Below, piece by piece: positions 50,901-60,155 of a DNA stretch of 64,000 nucleotides. The notes below the pieces were generated by a model. It had not been told where the DNA came from. It saw nothing but the letters and a program-made list of their open reading frames with translations, and did no database searches. This stretch comes from Octopus sinensis (taxonomy: Eukaryota), in contig NC_043018.1 of assembly GCF_006345805.1 (NCBI RefSeq), positions 4,836,001-4,900,000 on the forward strand, given 5' to 3'. The position numbers and the translations under genes are program-made. Every line of letters begins with the position of its first letter. Positions within the stretch are counted from its first letter, which is position 1.

Positions 50901-53900
50901 ATCGTCACTACAGTAATGATTGTGTTGTTGGTGTTCTGAACATGACCATCCTGTCTTATGGTGGTTTGGAAATCAATTTAGCTGCTGTTTCTAGCAGGTT
51001 GGCAGCAATATACGTGATCTCTCAGTTAACCCTTTAACGTTCACTTTATTCTGTCAAATGTAACGTTTATTTATTGACATTGTTTTGATTTAATCATTGC
51101 ATTATTTTGTAACTTTGGGAGTTTGATGAGGTAACTGTTAATTTTTGGACTGATAATGTAGGTTTGGTGTGAGAGGCCAGATCTGGCCATTTAGAATATT
51201 TAGGCTGGACATGGCCAAAGTGTTAATACCAACGTCCATATACTGTATGTGTCTATCCAGTGAACATCTACACACCATATCAAGTTATGTAGTCAACATC
51301 TGTGCATTGTATATTTCAAACATAACATCTCTTCCCTGTTTGCTCAGTGAACCCAACATCCACGCACTGTGTCTGTCTGTTCACTTAACATACGGGTTTC
51401 ATAGGAATCTACCCTGTCAATACCCACCTTGTGTGTCTGTTGGTCTGTCTGGTCAGCATCTAAATTCTATGTCTTTTGATTTATCTTCTCAACAACATCC
51501 ACACACCGTGTCTGTCTGTCTGTCTGTTTGTCTGAATCTTTTCAGTCAGTATCTACATAACTCAACCTGCCATAGGTCAAAGGTTGAGTGAGCCATTCCA
51601 GTTATTGATTTACTTTCAGAACTAGTCAGCGAGAATCCTATGGTTATCCGGCTGAACTTTGAACCCTCTGGGAGGCCACTAAATGAGGAAGGTTATTATC
51701 AACAGGAGAAGGAGAACATATGCGTTGTTTGTGGTAAACCCGAGAATTACCTCCGTAAGAATATAATTCCCCATGAGTATCGCAAGTGAGTAATCCACTC
51801 TATTATTACGCCTCCTCCTCCCCTTAACACCCTCCCTCTCCACACCCCTCCCTCTTCTCCTCTCAGAATTTTCTTCAGGTCAAGTAGTTCACCCTGCTCA
51901 AAAGCTCCCTGAATGTTTGTTTAAAGAGGATGAACAAAACACTCATGTTTCCGGAGGTGAATTATCCAAACCCCACAGAATTCCTTTCAACACATGGCTA
52001 TGATGCTCCCCCACTACTTCTGCTCATGATCAGAGATGCACATATCGTCAGCCACTAAGGGACATGCTCAACTGGTTAAGGTCAAACAACTGACAAGCAA
52101 ATCTGTGGTATTGAGCAGAATATTTGCTGTTGGCCATCTTTTATACCAACACAAAACAATGTACATGATAACACATTATTATTATTATTATATTTTTTAG
52201 GTATTTTCCCTCCATAATGAAAGACCATGTGTCGCACGATATTCTCCTCATGTGTCCTACATGTCACCAGAAGGCCTGCGCCAGTGATGTCACACTCCGG
52301 CAGAAACTGGCTGAGGAATGTGATGCCCCTTTGACAGCTGGTACTGTCAACAAATCTCTGATTGATGTCGACTTGGCTAAGATACGGTCAGCTGCTAAGT
52401 AAGTACCTTTTGGCATTGGTGGTAATGTTTGGTGTTTCACACTTTCTTTTTCCTCCTGGTCAATCCTTTTCTGCTAGATGTATTATCAAAGGTTCTTCCA
52501 ACTGTGACCATCTTGCCTATCTCTGTCTTTTTGCTTTTGATCTTCTCGTCTTGGTAGTAGCATACAATCCTCCCTATTTGAATAAAGGACTTCTCTGTTG
52601 TAGATGACATCTCAGGGTTTTGTAATTTCTTATTGCGCAATCTACATTTGTGAACGAATGTTTGATGCTACACCTAAGCTCATTCTCTCCATCAAATCAG
52701 CACAGGAGCCACATGTTGTGCCACATGTCAGTTGTCAAAGGGACTGCAGTGATGAAATGTTTTGCTCAAGAACATGACACACTACCAGGTCCAGGAATTG
52801 AAACCACAATTTCAGAACTGTGAGTGCAACATTCTGTCCACTTGGCCACAAATCCTCTCACATACATACAAAACCTAGAATCAAAGAGGCTCAGGCTTAA
52901 CTGCACAATTTTGGTAAAAGCACCCAGTACCTGCTGTAAAGTGGTTGGCATTATGAAGGGCATTTGGCCATAGAAACCATGTCAGACAGACAAATGGAGT
53001 TTAGGCAGCCCTCCAGCTGGGCAATTCCTGTCAAACCATCCACTCCATGCCAGCATGGAGAATGGACGTTACAAGATGATGAGGAAGATGATGTAAATGC
53101 CAAGCTTATATATAAAGACGAACCGGATCCTCGAAACACACACCATCATTAAAAGTAAACGGCAACCAAAATCCTTGAAAAGGATTTTAACCCAAGCTAA
53201 ACTGCACTCAACATCAACCACAAAACCAGCAGTTAGAAAATGTGGAAGGCCCAACTGCGGAATCTGTGTCATCTTGGTAGAAGGTTCAGAATTTATACTA
53301 GAACAAAGCCATCAGTTCACCATTAGAGCAAACTTCACCTGTGCATCAGAAAACTTAATTTACGTCTTAACATGCGCAGGCTGCAATAGGCAGTATATAG
53401 GCCATACAAAAAATAGCTTACGTAACAGGATGGTGGTGCATAAATCACAAATTAGAAACCCTGAATACCGGAAAATACCGGTCAGCGGACACATAGATAG
53501 ATGTGCTGCAAATGTAAATCCGAAATTTACAACTTACCCACTTTACAAATTCAGTGACAGCGTAACCTTCACGCAACGCCAAAATAAAGAACTTTATTTC
53601 ATCAAAAAATTTAGACCAAGTTTGAACACCCTGGGCCAGGAATATTAAAACAAAACATTGGTCTTCCGAAAAAGAAAAACGAAATTCTACCACAACCACT
53701 ACGACTGCCCCAACTCGCACTACTACTACAACCACCATGGTCACTGTTGCTACGGCCACAGTGAGAGAATTATAATAATGGAGGTGGGGCGAATTACAAT
53801 TTCTCAGATCCTTAAACAGTCACTCACGCTGGCAGTGATATGTCTTAGGGAAGGAAAAATTTATAAAAAGATTTCTTTCTCTGCGAGCAGATCTAATTCT

Positions 53901-56770
53901 GATTCGTCAAAAAATTGATGACGTTTTACCTCAGTGGTCAAGCTATTGTCACCCTGCTTGGTCGGTTTCCTCACACGATACAGTTATGGGTCAGACCCGA
54001 TTCTGATTCGTCAAAACATTGATGACGTTTTTCTTCCGTGGTCAAACTACTCGTTCTGCTGGGCTAGCCACCTAACAGGATACAGTCATGGGTCAGATCT
54101 AATTTCGATTTGTCAAAAAATTGATGACGTTTTTTTTCCGTGGTCAAACTTGTCGTTCCGCTTGGTTGGTTTCCTAACAGGATACAGTTAGGAGTCTTTT
54201 CACTATATTCGTTGAGGCTGGGTTTTGATTGGTTTGGAACTATATGACATCAGTGAACAGTGCCAGAGACCACAGCTTAGCTGATATAAATCCAACAATC
54301 ACAAAATTTACCAAAATTATGCCAGCAGACGCCGACCAAAAATCATTACTGTTGCTCCCATTGGAACACAAGGTAAAATCTATAATGAACTCCTCGCCTT
54401 TTCAAGAACATGGATTTTTTATATTTGACTCTATTGAATGTATGTCACAATTATGAACTGTTCAATCATACTCTTTAAGCATATAGCATGGACTCTCTTT
54501 ATTATATAAAAAAATTTTTTTGATAAGGTTTGTTATTTCAAGAACTGAAACATGTTAAATTAAAATTTATCTAATATAGCGGCATTTTCAAACTTCATTT
54601 TTTACAAATATATATATATATACATTAGAAAAAAAACACCTTTTATCAATTCAAAATGAAAAATTAAATTACACCATCTAGAAAATTACATATAATAGAA
54701 ATATTAAATATAAGAAAAAATATACTGATGATTAAGTAATGTGCATAAAAAAAAGGAAAGAAAGTTAGTCTACATGATATACACTGAAAAAGAAGGGACA
54801 CATGCATAGCATAAAATGGTTTAAAAAAAATGGTGGGGAAGATGATAGAGATGTGACCCTCCTGATAGAGGAAGGCCTGGAGCATCATAACCATATGTTG
54901 AGAGGAATTCTTTTGCATTTGAATAATTCACCTCTGGAAACATGGGTGTTTCATTCATCATCCTTAAACCTTATTCAGGGACCTTTTGAACCGGATGGGA
55001 CCTGAAGAAAATTCTAACTGAGCTCCACCTGCAAGGTCACGCGCTGTTTGTCTTGATATGAAATGACCATGTCTCAGACATATGGTTGTGATGCACATGC
55101 CTGGTGTACCCTTATCAGACGAGGAGTCCTGATTGGTATATTGGGCTTTGCATATTTTGTACCTCAGGGAAAACAAACAGAAAAATAAAATATAAATAAT
55201 GTGTCAAAAATATTGGTGCATCACTTTTGGTCCACCCTGTATATCTTTGTATTGCTAAGAAAGCCTTACAGAAGTGGTCGATAGCTTCTGTAACCTAGGT
55301 GACCTAATCAGGTGACTTAATCTGGTGACCTAATCTGATGACCTAATCTAGTGACCTAATCTGGTGACATAATCTAATGACCTAATCTGGTGACTTAATC
55401 TAGTGACTTAATCAGGTGACCTAATCTGGTGACCTAATTAGGTGACCTAATCTAGTGACCTAATCTAGTGACCTAATCTGGTGATCTAATCTGGTGACCT
55501 AATTAGGTGACCTAATCTAGTGACCTAATCTAGTGACAATCTAATGACCTAATCTAGTGACCTAATCAGGTGATCAAGTCTAGTGTGAAGGAGAGAGAGA
55601 GAGATCTGAACACATTGTAGCAGAGTGGTCAAAAACGGAGGGAGTTATTAGCTGTGCTGACAACAGGAGGATTCTCTCTTTCCATACAAAGGACAGATTG
55701 TATGCTCCTACCATGGCCACAAGGTCAAACAAACAAGGACACATAGATCCACTATTAGAAATAGCAGCTGAATCTCCCTCAAAATAACATCCTGTTATTT
55801 CCGAAAAGATGAGACTGCACGGAAGTATAATGTTGTCTGAAATACACTCTGTGCATACTTATGTATGTATATGTGTATGTATGTATATGTGTGTGTATGT
55901 ATATGTGTGTGTATGTATATGTGTGTGTATGTATATGTGTGTGTATGTATATGTGTGTGTATGTATATGTGTGTGTATGTATATGTGTGTGTATGTATAT
56001 GTGTGTGTATGTATATGTGTGTGTATGTATATGTGTGTGTATGTATATGTGTGTGTATGTATATGTGTGTGTGTGTATATGTGTGTGTATGTATATGTGT
56101 GTGTATGTATATGTGTGTGTATGTATATGTGTGTGTGTGTATATGTGTGTGTATGTATATGTGTGTGTGTGTATATGTATGTATGTATGTAAATATATGT
56201 GGCTAAGTGGTTTGGGTGTTCAGCTCACAAATTGCAAGGTCATCAGTTCAATTCCTGGCAGTGTCTCGTGTCCTTGAGCAAGACACTCTATTTCACATTG
56301 CTCCAGTCTCCACTCAACTGGCAAAAATGAGTTGTACCTGTAATTACAAAGGACTCAGCCTAGTCACATTCTGTATTGCATTGAATGTCCATGAGAACTA
56401 TGTAAAGGGTACACGTGTCTGTGGAGTACTCAGTCACTTGCACATTAATTCCAAGAGCAATCTGTTCTGTTGATTGGAGCAGCTGGAACCCTTGTCATTG
56501 TAACTGACAAAGTGCCAGTTTGATGCGTGTGTGTGTGTGTTTGCGTGTATGCATATGTATATGAGATTCTGCTGACGTAACTATGTGAATATATTGCAGA
56601 GCGTTAATGACAAACAGTCACAAGATTCCTGACCATCGGCTAAAAGAGTTACATGAATTCCTGAAGACAAGTCTTGGAGTGGACGAACTGACGGTGGATG
56701 TTCTACAGAAATCTGTCACTATGGATGTCAAGTAATTTCATTTTATTTGTTCATTTTGTGGCCACAACAC

Positions 56771-56838
<68 letters not shown>

Positions 56839-57273
56839 TCATACACATGCACACCCAAACACATGGATGCCCATGTGCATGACTGGCTGCCATGCATACA
56901 CATGTATCTATATGTGTGTGTGTGTGCATGCACACATGTAGGCATGCAGGATAGATACATGGATATTTACATGTATACATCACTCTCACTGTATCCCTTT
57001 CTTTTTTTTAGGGTCAGCAATCCTGATTACAGTCCACATGGGCACCAGGTCGTTGAACACATGAAACGGACGAAGAAGTTGCTAGAATTCCAGCTACGAT
57101 GGCGCCAACATTTCATTGATACAATGAATCCAGCCTATCTGCCGGCAAAATGGGCAATTGATCACAACCATAAACATTTGGCCCCTCTTTTGGATGAAGA
57201 GATCCCGAAATTTACCAAAAGAACGTCCAAGACAAAATCATCAAAGTCATCAAAATCAAAGTCTAAAAAATAA
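20475..57273 (+). CDS. EXD2: Exonuclease 3'-5' domain-containing protein 2 (EXD2), 11 coding exons, 1791 nt / 596 aa
   Basis: Exons 20475-20562, 25707-25870, 31025-31185, 33106-33231, 35782-35893, 41382-41585, 50658-50835, 51620-51785, 52201-52398, 56600-56731, 57012-57273; all GT-AG and in frame. Motifs VLGLDAEW, SNWE..LT..Q, YAALDA, PLYDNC.L.APD...CTCD.RKA.WYL, ENICVVCG, IPHEYRK.FP..MKDH.SHD.LL.C..CH and WRQHF.D.M.P..LP..W..DHNH match EXD2 as I recall it. Confidence 0.93.
21075..21316. mobile_element. hAT/Charlie-type MITE
   Basis: Ends CAGGGCTTCTCGA and TTGAGAACCATTG; a related copy in the opposite orientation ends TTGAGAACCACTG at ~7585. Confidence 0.55.
23076..23275 (+). mobile_element. 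SINE family B copy
   Basis: Full unit following a (TTA)n tract; further copies clustered at ~22470-23020. Confidence 0.8.
23278..24435 (+). mobile_element. RTE-clade LINE 3' portion with (GAT)n tail
   Basis: LEVVDSYHYLGGQVSSGGGC..RIRIGWTKFRELLPLL..VKGRL, REKLGIKGI..RLRWY and GRGR.RKTW motifs; the 3' end is shared with many short copies in the window. Confidence 0.88.
24468..24823 (+). mobile_element. SINE family A copy
   Basis: GCTGTGTGGTAAG..GGGTTCAGTCCCA..GATTTGGTAGATGGAAACTGAAAGAAGCC..CAGCATGGCC. Confidence 0.8.
25707..25870 (+). CDS. EXD2: EXD2 exon 2
   Basis: ttccag| ... |gtatgt; GFLLRKIYSFLMKAPRELLMEKHVVLPPMDIKIVCTHSEWNSVYRTLLEQCESIP joins directly to VLGLDAEW. Confidence 0.88.
27376..29850 (+). 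mobile_element. Degenerate CR1-clade LINE (endonuclease C-terminus + RT + (ATT)n tail) in EXD2 intron 2
   Basis: TRGNNTLDLLF..LGDSDH, QFGF, LDFAKAFNSVPH, YVDD, MVRPHLEF, FFTLRVAEAWNKLP; multiple stops and frameshifts. Confidence 0.9.
31025..31185 (+). CDS. EXD2: EXD2 exon 3 (Exo I motif)
   Basis: ttttag| VLGLDAEWITRFGRRYPVSLLQLAGKDGLCVLIRLNLLPKPFPSSLKSLLADS |gtaggt. Confidence 0.95.
32245..32638 (+). mobile_element. RTE-related 3'-end element (family E) with (GAT)n tail
   Basis: GGTGGCACGTAAAAA..GGTTGGCATTAGGAAGGGCATCCAGC..CCCATGCCAGCATGGAAAA..(GAT)n. Other copies at ~31597(-), ~36860(-), ~42025(-), ~44958(-), ~52915(+), ~57752(-). Confidence 0.8.
32642..33025 (+). mobile_element. SINE family A copy
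   Basis: Same consensus as 40363/43888; an oppositely oriented copy lies at ~30549-30897. Confidence 0.8.
33106..33231 (+). CDS. EXD2: EXD2 exon 4 (Exo II region)
   Basis: ccacag| ILKIGVGISVDVGNLRIDHDLHIRGYLDLRNVLPFIPTQYS |gtgagt. Confidence 0.95.
33538..33868 (+). mobile_element. Mariner 3' fragment with a fold-back-inverted 5' edge
   Basis: SNDKEVETVVKKWLKGQSTDFYGAGIHALIRKWNIAIERNGDYVEK*; TIR ending TTTTTGACTCACTCTCG|TA. Confidence 0.85.
35782..35893 (+). CDS. EXD2: EXD2 exon 5
   Basis: ttccag| TSYSLMNLAKAIINVDMFKDKSITLSNWESEELTKEQ |gtgaga. Confidence 0.95.
36180..36565. repeat. Degenerate (GGT/GAT)n simple repeat
   Basis: Directly visible trinucleotide tract. Confidence 0.9.
38905..39665 (+). 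mobile_element. Probable non-autonomous Helitron
   Basis: Helitron-like 5' region (TATATCAAAGACAATGTC..TGTGT..GAAATTTGG) and 3' end CTGGGTCACACCTAG|T; internal repeats, no TIRs. Confidence 0.5.
40363..40769 (+). mobile_element. SINE family A copy, near full length
   Basis: tRNA-like head (TGGCTGTGTGG A-box, GGGTTCAGTCC B-box-like), internal TA/TG microsatellite, AG-rich tail. Confidence 0.88.
40890..41220 (-). mobile_element. Helitron 3' terminus and body (non-autonomous)
   Basis: Minus strand reads CTCGGGCAACGCCGGG (hairpin) TAACTCTG CTAG|T, the canonical Helitron 3' end; 5' boundary uncertain. Confidence 0.65.
41382..41585 (+). CDS. EXD2: EXD2 exon 6 (Exo III, YxxxD motif)
   Basis: ctacag| MHYAALDALVGVTIFLQLM...KTRKLMKL |gtgcgt. 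Confidence 0.92.
42526..42607 (-). ncRNA. Putative minimal type I hammerhead ribozyme (Penelope-type)
   Basis: Minus strand: GGCT-CTGATGA-A-GCTATAA...TTATAGC-A-GAAA-C-AGCT-G-TA-AGCT, i.e. core boxes, stem II, 1-bp stem III with palindromic AGCT loop, GUA site and short stem I. Confidence 0.6.
42883..43777 (+). mobile_element. Internally deleted mariner (Mos1-like) with both TIRs
   Basis: TIRs TTGGGTCATCCCATAAATAATG and CATTATTTATGGGATGATTCAA in TA-rich flanks; peptides WFQKFRTGNYSLEDEPR, FHHDN and APSDYHLFR. Confidence 0.9.
43888..44275 (+). mobile_element. SINE family A copy, near full length
   Basis: GGCGCAGGAGTGGCTGTGTGG head through GACTGAAACAAGTAAAAAG tail. Confidence 0.88.
46110..46615 (-). 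mobile_element. RTE-clade LINE fragment
   Basis: LEVVDSFCYLGNQVSRGGG..RIRTGWAKFRELL..GRLHDACV; same family as 23278. Confidence 0.85.
48590..48815. repeat. Interspersed repeat family D (second copy ~54950..55165)
   Basis: Shared GACCTTTTGA..GACCTGAA..TTCTAAC..GCTCCACCTGCAAGGTCA..GCCTGGTGTACCCTT in both copies. Confidence 0.7.
50135..50530 (-). mobile_element. SINE family A copy
   Basis: Reverse complement of the family A consensus. Confidence 0.82.
50658..50835 (+). CDS. EXD2: EXD2 exon 7
   Basis: tattag| PENKSTFTKKDSLRAHSLRAYNLRRNPLYDNCQLLAPDNQILCTCDSRKAKWYLYKGLG |gttggt. Confidence 0.95.
51030..51221. mobile_element. piggyBac-type MITE (related copies ~10456..10650 and ~25290..25447)
   Basis: TTAA|CCCTTT left end, AAAGTG|TTAA right end; body shared with the two other copies. 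Confidence 0.55.
51620..51785 (+). CDS. EXD2: EXD2 exon 8
   Basis: tttcag| ELVSENPMVIRLNFEPSGRPLNEEGYYQQEKENICVVCGKPENYLRKNIIPHEYRK |gtgagt. Confidence 0.96.
52201..52398 (+). CDS. EXD2: EXD2 exon 9
   Basis: ttttag| YFPSIMKDHVSHDILLMCPTCHQKA...IRSAAK |gtaagt. Confidence 0.96.
53097..53648 (+). mobile_element. Penelope-like retroelement 3' fragment encoding a GIY-YIG endonuclease (uninterrupted 183-aa ORF)
   Basis: RQPKSLKRIL, CxxxxCxxC (CGRPNCGIC), FTC..NLIYVLTC..C..QYIGHT..LRNRM..HKSQI, E..FI...RPSLN. Confidence 0.9.
53888..54190. repeat. ~103-bp tandem repeat x3 (diverged)
   Basis: Units start at 53888, 53992, 54094: CAGA..ATT.GATT.GTCAAAA.ATTGATGACGTTTT..GTGGTCAA..GATACAGT. Confidence 0.88.
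55258..55705 (+). mobile_element. RTE LINE fragment containing an expanded minisatellite
   Basis: EVVDSFC.LGDL before the array and RELLAVLTTGGFSL..KGRLY-like sequence after it. Confidence 0.7.
55297..55575. repeat. 13-bp minisatellite (WRGTGACCTAATC) x ~21
   Basis: Directly visible array of AGGTGACCTAATC / TGGTGACCTAATC / TAGTGACCTAATC. Confidence 0.95.
55861..56190. repeat. Compound GT/AT microsatellite with a regular higher-order period
   Basis: Recurring ATGTATATGTGTGTGT-type units. Confidence 0.95.
56600..56731 (+). CDS. EXD2: EXD2 exon 10
   Basis: ttgcag| ALMTNSHKIPDHRLKELHEFLKTSLGVDELTVDVLQKSVTMDV |gtaatt. Confidence 0.92.
57012..57273 (+). CDS. EXD2: EXD2 exon 11 (terminal)
   Basis: ttttag| VSNPDYSPHGHQVVEH..RWRQHFIDTMNPAYLPAKWAIDHNH...KSKK*. 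Confidence 0.96.
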
Positions 57274-57537
57274 CTGCAACATAAGCCACAACAGCAGCAA
57301 CAACCACAACAAAGCCATGACCCGAACTACATGAACACCACTTGGACTGCGATTAATCACAAACACCTACAGTCACACTAACAGCAACAGCAATGACAAC
57401 AACATTTTCAGTGCAGCTACAGTATCTTAGTTACAACCACAGAGATAAAAACTCACTGCTGCCACCATCATCGTGACCACCACCACCATAAATGCCTTCA
57501 TCAAAGAATGTAAGCAACTAGAAATAATAATAATAAT

Positions 57538-57543
57538 AATAAA
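57538..57543 (+). promoter_or_regulatory. Candidate proximal polyadenylation signal of EXD2
   Basis: First AATAAA I see after the stop; it sits at the end of a (TAA)n tract and could be fortuitous. Confidence 0.4.
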
Positions 57544-57866
57544 TGGCAAAAATTAACTGAAAGATTTCCTTCAGAAAAATATTCTTTGTGATTTTTAAGA
57601 AGATTTTGTTCATTTGAATGGTTCTGAATTACGTTTGTCATCCGTGTGGTTCTGAGTTCAATCCCTCTGTATCCCTGTATTGCATCTTCTGAAAAAAAAG
57701 CTTGTCATATATCTATCTAGCTATCTATCTGTGTGTGTGTGGGGGGGGGCGTCATCATCATCATCATACGCCTGCTCTCCGTGCTGGCATGGGTTAGACA
57801 GTTTGACTGGAGCTGGTAAGCTGGAGAGCTGCACCAGGTTCCAGTCTGATCTGGTAAGGTTTCTAC

Positions 57867-58466
57867 GGCTGCTGGATGCTCTTTGTAATGCCAGTCACTC
57901 TGAGAGTGTAATGGGTGCCTTTTATGTGCCACCGACACAGGTGCCACCGACACAGGTGCCACCAACACAGGTGCCATTGGCAAAATGTCGTGACTGTGAT
58001 TTCCCTCAGCTTAGTGACTCTTCTCTAGCACAGCATATTCTTTTTTACTCTAGGCACAAGGCCTGAAATTTTTGGGGAGGGGGCCCGTCGATTAGATTGA
58101 CCCCAGTATGCAACTGGTACTTAATATATCGACCCTGAAAGGATGAAAGGCAAAGTCAAGTATTTCGTCTGTCTTTACATTCTGAGTTCAAATTCTGCCG
58201 AGGTTGACTTTGCCTTTCATCCTTTCAGGGTCGATATATTAAGTACCAGTTGCATACTGGGGTCGATCTAATTGACGGGCCCCCTCCCCAAAAATTTCAG
58301 GCCTTGTGCCTAGAGTAAAAAAGAATATGCTGTGCTAGAGAAGAGTCACTAAGCTGAGGGAAATAACAGTCACGACATTTTGCCAATGGCACCTGTGTCG
58401 GTGGCACATAAAAGGCACCCATTACACTCTCAGAGGGACTGGCATTACAAAGAAAATCCAGCAGCC
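57867..58466. repeat. 600-bp inverted duplication (arms 57867-58159 and 58204-58466, 44-nt spacer)
   Basis: Arms are reverse-complementary with ~6 substitutions plus one 30-nt indel (15-bp unit x3 versus x1). Confidence 0.95.
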
Positions 58467-58819
58467 CATTTCCGTCGGCCCACTGCCTTCAAGCACAGCA
58501 CATTGCCAATGGCCTGGCTCCCTTGTCACCTCCACGAGACCCCATGTTTGAAGGTCATGCTGCTGGCATCGGTCACGATTATGAGTTCCCGGGTGCCATT
58601 TACTTCTTCACTTGGCTTCGGCAATAATATAGAAGAGGAGCTGAGAGAATCGTTGAGGCTCTCCGCCAAATGATCCTTTCATCCAGTTTTACGTTCTGAG
58701 TTCAAATTCTGCCAACATCTACTTTACCTTGGTGGGTAGGTTGGTGTAATTGGTTAGCACGCTTACTGCAAATATAAGAGGTGTGGGTTTAATTCCAATG
58801 TGGAACTTTCTAAAGGTGA

Positions 58820-58981
58820 AGGTGTGACTGCATGGCAAGAAGCTTGCTTCCCGACCACATGGTTTTGGGTTCAGTCCCACTGCATGGCACCTTGGGCAGA
58901 TGTCTTCTACTACAGCCTTGGGCTGACCAAAGCCTTGTGAGTGGATTTGGTAGATGGAAAATGAAGGAAGCCTGTTGTGTG

Positions 58982-59022
<41 letters not shown>

Positions 59023-59216
59023 TTGTCCCCCAGCATTGCTCAACAACTGGTATTGGTGCATTTACATCCCTGTAACTTAGTAGTTTGGCAAAAGTGGTCA
59101 ATAGAATGGGTACCACACTTAAAAAAATAAGTGCTGGGGTTGATCTGTTTGACTAAAAATTCTTCAAGGTGGTGCCCCAGCATGGCCATGGTTTAATAAC
59201 TGAAACAAGTGATAAA
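58820..59216 (+). mobile_element. SINE family A copy
   Basis: Family A consensus with internal TA/TG tract. Confidence 0.82.
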
Positions 59217-59221
59217 ATGCG

Positions 59222-59264
<43 letters not shown>

Positions 59265-59272
59265 CTCACATA

Positions 59273-59785
59273 TTAGGGTGGAGCAAAAAAGATACTTTTT
59301 ACATAGATTTTCAAAATATGTTTTCAGGAATAAATTTTTTATTACGAAATCCTTTAAAAACAACTGAGTTAAAATCTGAAGTTCTCAAATTTACATCTTC
59401 AGGCTCTGCAGCCCACTTGAAATTTTGATCAATGAGTGAAAAATCAATTTATAACACGTTTGCCATTCCTCATTTTATTTTTATACATTCCTTGTTAAGA
59501 ATCGATTTTCTTTTGTGAAATCCTTTAAAAGCAAAACTGTTAAAATCTTAAGCTCTAAAAGTTAGATCTTGAGGCTCCGCAACGCACTTGAAATTTCGAA
59601 ATTAGGTGAAATGAAATTCGACCAAAAATAGTGGTTTTTAAGATTTTCAGTTGCATTGCAGAGCCTGCGGAAAAAAATATTTACCCGTTAAGTTCTTTTT
59701 ACACCTTTTTTTTAACCCTAACTTGCAACAAAATATTGATTCTTGGTTACTAATTTTGAAATTTGTATTTTTTGATCCACCCCAA
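59273..59785. mobile_element. Tc1/mariner-type MITE with TA TSD
   Basis: TA|TTAGGGTGGAGCAAAAAA ... TTTTTTGATCCACCCCAA|TA; internal ~175-bp direct repeat. Confidence 0.75.
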
Positions 59786-59996
59786 TACACACACACACAC
59801 ACACATATATATATTTATGTATATAATACTAGTAACAATAGATGGATTGTGGTTCACTACAGCTGTTGCAGAGGTGTTTTTTTTTATTGATGAACAGAAA
59901 TGTTACATTGTGCAAAAAAAAAAAAAAATATATAAAAAGAATTTTCATCAGGTGAATACAGGTAAGAAATAACAATTAGAACTTCTCCTGAACAAG

Positions 59997-60155
59997 TGCC
60001 AGATCAAGCCAAGTTCGGTCAGAGAAGGAGAAGTTTACGTTAATATCAAGTTTATAATACATTATTAAAGACTTCATAAGTCTTTAATAATGTATTATAA
60101 ACTTGATATTAACGTAAACTTCTCCTTCTCTGACCGAACTTGGCTTGATCTGGCA
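59997..60155. repeat. Perfect palindrome, 78-bp arms, 3-nt loop (CAT)
   Basis: 59997-60074 is the exact reverse complement of 60078-60155. Confidence 0.98.

Noticed and set aside
55297-55575. Regular short repeats resembling a CRISPR array
   Set aside because: No unique spacers, no cas genes, eukaryotic context; it is a minisatellite.
55809-56277. Long ORFs rich in C/V/Y/M (also 62775..63365, 36061..36444, 32057..32338, 22796..23077)
   Set aside because: Translations of microsatellites; no splice or homology support.
56698-57011. N-terminal part of the 191-aa ORF with an (ER)n run
   Set aside because: Mostly intron 10 with an (AG)n microsatellite; only 57012..57273 of that ORF is coding in this frame.
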